A DNA stretch of 33,590 nucleotides, taken from Toensbergia leucococca (lineage: Eukaryota). Made by a program: the position numbers and the translations under genes. Below, one piece after another: positions 24,112 through 33,590 of the stretch. Every line of letters begins with the position of its first letter. Position 1 is the first letter of the stretch. Where the stretch lies: the NCBI GenBank assembly GCA_022813965.1, contig JALDZS010000233.1, forward strand, positions 1 to 33,590, given 5' to 3'. The notes under the pieces are model-generated. The model ran no database searches. It was not told the DNA's origin and saw only the letters and a program-made list of their open reading frames with translations.

Positions 24112-24397
24112 GTTGCCATGCCAACAGAGTCGCTTGATTGTGTTATCGCCGCGCCAAGGTAATTTACGTATCCTATCTTGGCGGGCCGAGGCGTGGACAA
24201 CGTCAGCGCGAACTCACGCGCAGAACCACACCAAAGAATATCCATATACTTTCGCCAACAATCCCTTCCCACGCTCTCTTTCTATATCGATAGCCCAATG
24301 GTAGTATCATCAAACATAGTATCCATTTATCGATATGTGATTATTGCGACAACACCAGCCTCCCACCGCCGACGGGTTCTTGGCAATTCAACAAAGT

Positions 24398-27300
24398 ATG
24401 GTTCAATGGCTAGATTCGCTGTCGGACGACTGGGTCTCACAGCCTCGCTCTTCGACTCCTGGCTCTGCCATACGTAGTCCGCCTGGTTTGGACGACTCAA
24501 GTCACATCAGTAATGCATCTCAAAGTCGCATACCCCGCTATAAACATCCATCCGCCTCAATTCCGCCCAAGGATAGTATGACCTCATCCAGGCACAGATC
24601 CTCAAATTCGACGGACAGGAATCTAAAGGCCGTTCTAGGAGAGAAAACTTTGTCGAGTATAAATGCGCCACTGAAAAAAAATGCTCTCAGCGGTTCCGTC
24701 AAACTCAATACTCAGAATACAGGGTCGATGAATGCGAACAGACGACACGCTTCGACAGGCACAATCAGTTCAGTGCAGTATGATACTGTCCAGCATAAAG
24801 CATTGCAAGCCTCCCCGGTCAAGGGCCAGAGCGAAGATGCCGTGCCGGATTGGAAAAAGAGGGTCTTACAGGGGAATAAAGCATCTAGAGAACAGGTCGA
24901 TCTCTTCAGCCCAATTGGCCTTGAAAGTGTGTTCCGACGACCAAATCCCGAAACCAAAAGACAAGAAAAAAAGGGCCGAAAGCCTGAGCTTTCTATTCCC
25001 GAAGACTATCCTTCAAGTCCACCTTCATATCCTTCGTCTATGAAACAAGAGCCAGAAGCATTCTCCTCTCGTAAACGGAAGGGGCAATTTCCTGTATACA
25101 CGAATATGGAAGTCCTAGAAGAGGAAGAGGATGAAAGTAGCCAAGGCGCCCAGGAAAGTAATAAAGCGCCTACATCATCAGAAAAGGAATTCGAAAGCAA
25201 AAACACTCAAAATGGCTCGGCTCACAATGTCAGTTCCAAATCGGGTGGTCCTGAAGAAAATCGAAACGAGAAAATAAGCCCCGTTTTCGTCTCTCGCCAC
25301 AGTACTGTTGGTGGGCGCATCGACTATGCAGCAATCGATGCGTCTATGCACCAGCTACGTAGCGATATGGATAGGTTAGGTATACAGCAACACAATCGGC
25401 ATTCATTTGCCTCAAGCGACCACAGTATTGATTATGGTGCCCTTGAATCCCAAGAAGACTCTCCAAATCCCGATCTTCGTTCCAACGACTTAACATGTCA
25501 ATCTCTCCCCGAAGATCTTACTACAGGCACGGAAGCATTGGACTCCCGTGGAGCTTTTGTCAATTTGCACCGGGGAGGGTACTCGAATGAGGGTTCATTC
25601 CAAATACGGCCCCTCAGCCCTTCTTCACTACCTGCATTCGATGGAGATGACTTGGAATCTCCTGTTGCCTCTAGTTCGGACTCTCGACGCCGACTTGAGT
25701 CGCCAGAGACTAGACATGCCAATGTGGGACCGGAAATGCTGACAGAACTGCCAACAACCCCCAAAACGAACAAAAGTCCCAGTGCAAGCAGTCCCGAGAG
25801 AACTAGATCATCAGGTAGCCCCCTAAAGCTGTTCGATAAATACGACACATTCACCAATGATCGGTTGATACGACGGATGAGTCAATTTGAAGAATCGTTC
25901 CATTGCTCTGAAGACAATGACAGTGACGACCATGATGACTTTCGTGATACCAAAGATTCTCAGTGGCCAGAGAGTGTTCAGAGGACGTCTCCACAGCGTC
26001 GACGCAAAAGTCCTCCCAGTTCGCCACCACGGTTTACCAGCAGAATGAGCAGCTTTGGAGAGGGGAAGCTGGACGGTCACTACTTCCGGCATCGCCAATT
26101 GGCCGAGTCTAATCTTCCATTGGAAACAGAAGATGACGTGGAAACCTCGCCGCAGCTCCCCGACGCACGTTCCAGTGTTTTCGGTCCCCAACGCACAAAG
26201 GCCACCGCACCACTTAATTTCCATGAAGCTGGAAAAAGGATAACGAATGAAATACCAAGCACACGGACGAGGAATTCTCAATTAACTCGACGCAACTGTT
26301 TAGAGGACAATGAGGATCTGAAATCTAGCTTGGTTGCATCCAAGCACCGCCCGGTTTCTCATGATCAAACAGAAGTACTCCACACGAAGCATGGTAAACG
26401 TCTACCCTACTCTCCTGCAAAGGATCCACAACCCAAACGTCGTCGAACCCTACTTGGGCCAGATGATGTTATCAGGCAAGTCGATCAAGAGATAGAAGCT
26501 CAACCACGACCAATGCAATCCATCATAGGCCGGAAACGTCAAGATATTGACCATGGCAGTGGTAATCAAGCAGCGGATCCAAAGGTAATTGCAATGCGTC
26601 GGATTTTGCGTCCAAGGACGCCGACACCTAGCCAAACCGGATTTCTTGGCTCATATGAGACCAGAGTAGTCGCCGAGAAAGTACACAAAGATCCGATCGA
26701 GATACAAGGAGGCGAAAAACAACTGTTCTTGGACCAGAAGCCTCTTTCAAGTGTAGATCCCCCGACCCGTATACTAGCCGCGGACCTGGCCAATTTTGCA
26801 CTTGACGTTGCCCAGGATGTTACGTATGGGACTCGGAAAACTTCCGTGACTACAGCAGATTTCTTCAACGAAGCGCAGCAAATCATGCGCCACATCCGTG
26901 CTCAAGGACGTCCTCAAAGTAGTCGTTTCAGCGTAGAAGAGCCCGAAGTTGAAAATCTGGACAAAGGTGGAAATTTGAGCCCGGAAGAATCTACGGTTGA
27001 CGAATTTTCAAGGCCACCAAGTAGGACAGGGACAAGTCTACGTGGACTAAGCAAGCCAACACCATTGGATGCAAGAGTCGTCAGCCATCTCCGGAAATTC
27101 GAAGAGAGCGACGATCCCGGTATTGCGCTTTCGTCGTCACTGAAATCGATACAGATTAACCAGCTGAAAATAGCTACCATGACTTCTGAGATGCACGACG
27201 GCCAGCAACAGCAGGACAGCGAGACAGAGAGCGATCCACCGAATATTCGTATCTTCGATAACCCCAGCCAGACGCAGAAAATCAGGTTCTCGGCCTCGGA

Positions 27301-30103
27301 ACACGCAGTGCCTGATCTTCTCGCAGATTTCAAAGTACAATCTCTGAACACTCAATCTTCATCCGACCCTTCGACAGGGCGTTCAATCCCCACTGGATCG
27401 TCTCACAGCTCTAGGAATAAAGCCGTAATTGCTCCAGAGACCGTTTCTCATCTGATATCAGATCAGGTTGCTGGCATGACCTTTGATCGTGAACGACAGT
27501 TATGGGTTAAGCGTAAGAGCTCGTCCAAATCGGACACTCATAATCGGACTCCAAGCGAAGCGACAGAAGCAGATCTCCTAGGGGAGATTCCAGATCTAAG
27601 CGTTGACGAGCTCGAGGAATTGAAACGAATTCAAAACCCTGTTGCATCAATCAAGGTAGTAGGATCAAAGGTCGATGGTGTCTCGATTGTTGATCAAGCT
27701 CTACAATCTCGATTGCGTTCGACAGCGCATAGTCAAACCGAGCTTCATGCAAACGCCATAGCTAAGGCAGCAATTGACAAATTTGCAAACACGATTGACA
27801 AGAGTTGCGAAAGAGATTTGGTCAAGGGTGTGGTAACAAACGAATTTTCCAAATTGAATGCTACAACAACCGCTTCAGATGCTGGGTTTCCCGGTAAAGG
27901 GCAAGCAGAAGAAGTAGAGCATGAGATTAGCATCCTTGAAGGGCGTATGTCAAGGACTCCTACCAGATCCAGCCATAACAAGCGCCAAGCGAGAGTCGTT
28001 ACTGTGGCTTTCTCTTCGCCTCTAATTGATCGCATGCAAAGCCCATATCAGCATGATGGTGAGTACGAGCTCTGGGAAGAACACAGCGAGGATGACATGA
28101 ACGAACCTTTTGATACCGTTGGTCGGCAATGGAAGACTTCTGAGAGGAGTAGAAAAGCATCATTTGGGCTCAAACGGAGACCTGGCTCCTCTGGTGCATC
28201 CCGTCGAACATCTAACACTAATCAGACCTACGTAGCTCGCCCAATGTCTCGCGTTGATGAGCAAGACGAGCTGTCTCCATTCCGGCTTCTCAATAGTGTT
28301 CAGAGCCAAGGCATGGATGTAGCTCTTTCAACTCCATTTCCGTCGCGTACTTTTGCAGGAAACTCCTCATTGGCACAGTATGCTACGGTAGGTCAAGAAC
28401 CAAGCATCGGCTTTCAGCTCAGTCCCTTATCTGACTTTACTGTCAACCAAATCGACAAAGCTTTGACCCCTGACCGAGAAGCTATAGCGAGACGCGACAG
28501 TATGATGTCCTCACAAAATCCTGGGCGCAGCTTTCCAATTGCAGTTGGGGACATCGTTAAGAAACTTACAGACGTCGCACCTCACGAGCCATATTGGGAT
28601 GACATACGTCGAATTGACCTTCAAAAAAAGCAACTGTTGACTTTGCACAAACTTGACGAATTCTGTGGCCGAATCGTTGAGCTTGATGTCTCGGAAAATG
28701 GAATTGGACAACTGGATGGCGCTCCGTCTAGTATTCGACACCTCACAATCCGAAGGAACTGTTTGTCGGATCTCACGGCGTGGGGTCACCTCCGGAATCT
28801 GCAATACATCAATGCCTCAAGTAATCAGATACATAGCTTGATGGGCTTTCACAATCTCTTTCATTTACGAGAGCTGATAGCGGACGATAATCAGGTCGAG
28901 GATCTCAATGGCATTCATGAGCTTGACGGGCTGTTGAGTCTGAGATTGAGACGGAACATGGTTCGGATTGTCGATTTCGAGGGTTTCAATTTGTAAGAAA
29001 ATCGCAATCACTTTCGTGCATGAGTTAATCAGAATATAGGAAGCGGCTAACGAGTCTCGATCTCCATGGAAACAAGCTGGTCATCGTTGGTGGACTGTAC
29101 CAGCTGCCAGCTCTCAAGCATCTTGTCCTCAGTGAGTATACTATATTTATACTCTATAGTGGCACGACTGTGGCTAACTTTACAAGGCGACAACCAGCTT
29201 GAGATGCTGGACCTATCCTCTCAGGCTCCGATTCCTACTCTAGAAACCTTGGATATTTCTGGTAATAACCTACGCACCTTGGATGTGAGCGGCTTGCCCA
29301 ACCTCCAAGTTCTCAAATTCGAAAAGAATAATATCCCCCGAATCCACGGCCTCCAACACCTCAAGCACATCCACACCCTCTCCTGGCGCGAACAAACCCT
29401 CTCCCAGACCTCCGAGTTCCCCCAAATCCAATACCAAGAGTGCCTCGACGTCCACAATCTTCACCTCTCTGGAAATATCATCCCAACCTTCGCTCCTAGC
29501 ACCGACTTCTTCAACCTTCGCCATCTCGAATTAGCTTCCACAGGGCTTCAAACCCTACCTCCAGATTTCGGTCTCAAAATGCCCAGTCTGCGCTTCCTAA
29601 ATCTCAACTACAACGCCCTACACGATCTCCGGCCCCTCCTGGGCATCACAAGACTAAACCAGCTTCACCTAGCTGGGAATCGCATCTCCAGGCTCCGACG
29701 AACCACATCCGTTCTTGCCCGCCTAGCAAAAGAACTCCACCACCTAGACCTCCGTCAAAATCCTCTAACAACAGGCTTCTACACCCCTCACTCGGACTCT
29801 CAACGCAACAAGAACTACGAAACCAGCCTCATCCTCCCCACCAACGAAGAAGAACCCGACCCCCCGGACCTATCGAAGTACCTCCTTCCCCCCCTAAATC
29901 AGGACGCAGACTCCCGCTCCCGCGTGCGCTTGGACGAACCCACCAAGCTCAGACGCAGAGTCTACGAGATGCTGACGTTGAGCTCCTGCAAGCTGTTGCG
30001 GCGCTTGGACGGCTTGGACGTGGATCGTAGGACTGTTGCGCGGAGGGATGGGGTTTGGAAGCGTCTGGTCGAGTTGGAGGTTCTGAGGGGGAGGGATGTG
30101 TGA
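24398..30103 (+). CDS. nud1: Septation/mitotic-exit network spindle-pole-body scaffold, Nud1/Cdc11/SepK family (C-terminal LRRs), ~1867 aa
   Basis: Exons 24398-28992, 29040-29131, 29187-30103. Features: N-terminal WLDSLSDDW, PDWKKR..DLFSPIGLESVFR, SGSPLKLFDKYDTFTNDRLIRRMSQFE, TTADFFNEAQQIM, GMTFDRERQLWVK, many LxxLxLxxN LRRs, and terminal RRRVYE..LDGL..RDGVW. Confidence 0.9.
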
Positions 30104-30800
30104 GGTGGGCGATTCTTTTTGGGGTGTAGGGATGGGGGGGCTGAGGACTTTGGGTGTATATGTTATTTTTCGGGAGTCAGTGGGAGCTGGGAAATTGGGG
30201 GTGTGAGGGGTTTTTGTTTCTAAAGTGTGTGTAGGAGTCTTGAGATTTGGATCTTTTTCCCTCTTGACTTGCAGACAGGAAAAACACAATACTTTGAAGA
30301 GGAATTGAGTATGTATGAATGTGGTTTTTTTTGGGGGGGTGGGGTTGGGGGCCCGCCGTGAGGGAAGGGGGGCCATGTTAGATAGAAACACCAAAGCGCA
30401 TTAAATACGCAAACAACTCCCATCGCCCCCCCCGCCCCCTTTGTAAAAATTTAGCCTTTCCAGGATTTTTTTTCCGTCCGAGTATAAAATGTTATATGTT
30501 TTTTGGTTAACGTCATAAGGGGGTGGGTTTTCATGCCCCACATTTATAGCCTAGCCAACTTTTTGCAAAACCCCCCCCCCCCCCCTTTTTTTAGGGCTGG
30601 AGACTGACAACGGACGGACCGGAGTATGTATTTATACGACGATGAAAATCATGGGCTCAAGAGCTACCTAAGCTACCGTAAATAAGGTACCTTAAGGATC
30701 CAATTTTTCGAAAAATTTTTCCCCCCAAAGGAAAAACAAATGTAGAGGTTTTTTCTCCTAGATTCAGAAAAAGGGGGGGTTCCACTGTTTGACGAAAAGA
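30104..30800. repeat. Homopolymer-rich low-complexity intergenic tract (poly-G, poly-C, poly-T/A runs)
   Basis: Many runs of 6-14 identical bases, for example the C-run at ~30571-30584 and the G-runs at ~30333-30372. Confidence 0.6.
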
Positions 30801-31190
30801 AGGACTGACTGATTGATTGTCGATTTCCGGAGTTCCTGGACCCCTGTTTTCAGGAACGAGATGGGTGGGTTCAAAAGGAGTGGCACAAAGAACACCTTTC
30901 CCTCTTGCTCTGTTCTAGGTTTTCTCAATTCATTCGTCTTTCATGTGTACTGTATATAGGTATCGCATCATCGACGGCCCCCCACTTTCCCCCCCAAATA
31001 AACCTCGCATTAAAGGGAAACGTCCAGGGCTCCCCACTCCCAAAGCCAAGTACCATGCCCCTTTCCCTTCACATGAAAAGAGGTTCCTTGATTGGAAGAT
31101 AAGAGAGATATTAATCATTAATCATTAAACACAAAAAAGGGCCATTAGATTACTTCATAGACACAGCAATCAAAGGGAGAAAGGGAAGCG

Positions 31191-33590
31191 TCATTTCTTC
31201 CCCGTCCGTTTGTACCTCAACTTAACCCCCATCTCCTCCCTCTTGAGGATTTTCGCCGGCCCCGTGGAATTCGCATGTACAGTCGCTTTATTAAGCGAGT
31301 TGATCGAAGCCGGTACCCCGGCGGTCACAGCAGAGGGGGTATTTTGGTATATATTCAACAGATTACTCGCGCCACAGAATTCGCGGTTGTTGCCTGTGCA
31401 GAGCATGTTGCAGTTCGCAGTAGCGACGGTGGTTGGGTTGGCACCTAGAGAGTTGCCGCAGTAGCATTCTTGGGCGTACTCGACACCGGCAAAGGTTTGG
31501 CTGGCGGCTTCGCAGTAGTTGACGCAGGACTCGACGGTCATGCCGGTAGCGTTAGTATAGGTAGGACCAGTGAGGAGGCGACCACCTTTGAGTTCATTGT
31601 AGCAACCTTGTTGCACATAGGCCCCAACGGCTTTGACGGTCGTTGGTGGAATATAAGTCGTTAAATTATAGACGGAGAGACGGTCACTGCCACCACAAAG
31701 CTCGGATGAATTACCGCTGCAGGCCATATTGCAGCCTGTTTGTCCCACGGCGGAATACTGTTGCAAACCGTTGCCGCACCAACACTCATCTGCGTACTCA
31801 AGGCCAGCGAGACCGTAATTGTTGTTGCTACTACTGCAGAAGGATTGACATGATTCCACAGTCATCTTGGTTGAATTCACGTAATGAGCGCCCACTAAAG
31901 CGCGTGGGGTGGTCTCATTGGCACAACCAAGATATACCCAAGCGCCTAGGGTTTGACCTGGAGTTGGAGATACCGTTGTGGACGAGGTGGTTGAGCTTGT
32001 TTTTGTGGAGATTGTGGTAATAGAGGATGAACTAGCCGATGTTGAGGATGTCGAGGTTTTGGATGAACCTGAGGAGATAGAGGATGATGTTGAGGTTACA
32101 GAGGACGATGTTGAGGTTACAGAGGACGATTTTGATACTGTAGAGGACGATGTTGATGTTATAGAGCTTGAGCTGGATACGGTCGAGGATGATGAGCTGG
32201 TGACCGAAGAAGATTTGGACGAGGTTGGAACAACACTGGTGGTACTACTATAGCTGGTGCTTGAAACTGGAGTAGTCTTGAGTACATAAGCGTTTAGTCG
32301 ATTTGAACCGCCACAATACTGGGAAGCGTTTCCAGCACAAGTCATTAAGCAGCCATTCAGGGTTGGACTATTGCCACCAGCCGCCAGCACGGCGCCGGCA
32401 GCGAATGAGTTCCCGCAATAACTAGGGCTCTCGTTAGATTTAGCCAAATCACATGGCCATAGACTTCTTACCATTCATCGCCATATTCAACCCCGAAATA
32501 TGTATAGCCTGTACAAGCAGTCCCGCATACTTGCACTGTATTACCGATTCCATGTTCTGGGTTCAGCTTTCCACTGAGGGCCCTGCTGTTGGTACCTTCG
32601 GTATAACAGCCAAGATAAATGTACGGTCCAGCTGATTGGACGACAGTCGGACCAGTAGCGCTGGGAGTAGGAATTGAGCTGGAGGTGGAAGAAGAGCTTG
32701 AGGTGGAGGTTGTGCTAGAGATGGAAGTTGTGCTAGAGATGGAAGTTGTGCTAGAGATAGAAGTTGAGCTTGGGACCGATGTTGTGCCAGAGGTAGAGGT
32801 TGTGCTAGAAATGGCGGTCGAGCTTGATGTAGAAGTTGAGCTTGAAACAGAAGAAGTGCTAGAAGAGGTGCTTGTTGATGAGACAGGGGCTGCCGTGTTG
32901 AGTTCGTACATATCAAGCCTATTGGAGCCACCGCAGTACTCGCTCTGATTACCGCCGCAGATCATGGAACAGCCATTAGTCGTTGGGTTAGTACTAGTCT
33001 GTACCACTGAGCCCGCGTTGATCGTGTTTCCACAGTAGCCTATAGGATTAAGTCAGGCAAGTACGTTCAATTGTCCCTAAAGTGCAGAAAACTCACATTC
33101 ATTAGCGTACTCAACCCCGAAGTAGGTGTATCCTTTACAAGCTGTCTCGCAGCTCTCGACTGTACCACCAGCTGTTGGGGCCGTAGGGGCTAGGCCAGTG
33201 AGTGCTCGACCAGCCGTACCCTCCGAATAACAACCTATATAGTTGTAATTTCCAGTCACATTCACAGTGACAGGTCCGCTAGGCACAGTTCCTCCACCAG
33301 TCGTGCCTGGACTGCCAGGGGTGTAGAGGGCGGCATCGTAATAGATACTGATATATCCGCCGAGGCCACCACAAACCTGATTAGGCGCACCGGAGCAAGC
33401 AAAGGTACAAAGCGTGTCGGCTACACTATACAAGGATGGTGGTGGAGTGTTTCCGCAAAAACACTCTGTCTGATATTCTGTTCCCGAGAATATATATTTG
33501 CCTGCGAGGCAAGAGGTCTGACATCTTCCGTTCGAGTTATTAGCATCTGTGTAGGGGTTGTTAGGAAGAAGTCGTCCGGTGGGTGCATCA
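31191..33590 (-). CDS. Multi-WSC-domain protein with Ser/Thr-rich linkers (3' part; N-terminus outside the window)
   Basis: Exons >33590-33097, 33039-32472, 32421-31191. At least five WSC repeats (YxGCYxE..R.L..TVESC...C..Y.GVEY..EC.CG....C...C.G...CGG..L..Y). No C-terminal TM helix; the protein ends KREEMGVKLRYKRTGKK. Confidence 0.92.
32080..32130. repeat. 21-bp coding tandem repeat x~2.4 (gaggaYgatgttgaggttaca) in a WSC Ser/Thr linker
   Basis: Read directly; encodes SSSVTST repeats. Confidence 0.75.
32709..32762. repeat. 18-bp coding minisatellite x3 (gttgtgctagagatggaa) in a WSC Ser/Thr linker
   Basis: Units start at 32709, 32727 and 32745 and encode (SISSTT) repeats. Confidence 0.8.

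Noticed and set aside
31978..32948. Acidic V/E/D-rich + strand ORFs
   Set aside because: Reverse-complement translation of the Ser/Thr linkers of the WSC gene.
1..33590. CRISPR array, tRNA/rRNA genes, transposase/RT ORFs, secondary-metabolite cluster, or a dedicated RNA-processing cluster
   Set aside because: No repeat-spacer array, RNA gene signature or backbone enzyme was seen. The co-occurrence of dcl1, DBP4, spf31, NUP49 and FIP1 is compatible with ordinary housekeeping gene density unless synteny shows otherwise.

Overview
Gene-dense genomic DNA from a filamentous ascomycete (Pezizomycotina). The evidence is 47-120 nt spliceosomal introns with CTRAC/CTAAT branch sites and fungal-type orthologues; I cannot determine the species. 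Eleven spliced gene models can be built by hand, from left to right: 5' half of Dicer-like 1 (-), TAP42/alpha4 (+), FAD synthetase (+), DEAD-box helicase DBP4 (-), Spf31/DNAJC8-type J-protein (+), a Zn2Cys6 transcription factor (-), FG-nucleoporin Nup49 (-), polyadenylation factor Fip1 (+), an uncharacterised largely disordered protein with a small helical domain (+), the SIN/MEN LRR scaffold Nud1/Cdc11/SepK (+), and the 3' part of a multi-WSC protein (-). Signals these genes do not explain: a 263-bp MITE-like foldback element with a target-site duplication upstream of nud1, repeated orientation-independent C-rich to G-rich skew switches, a G.U-supported hairpin downstream of fip1, and a GC-AG intron in dicer. 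I see no clear novel multi-gene system. Most other six-frame ORFs are shadows of the real genes.
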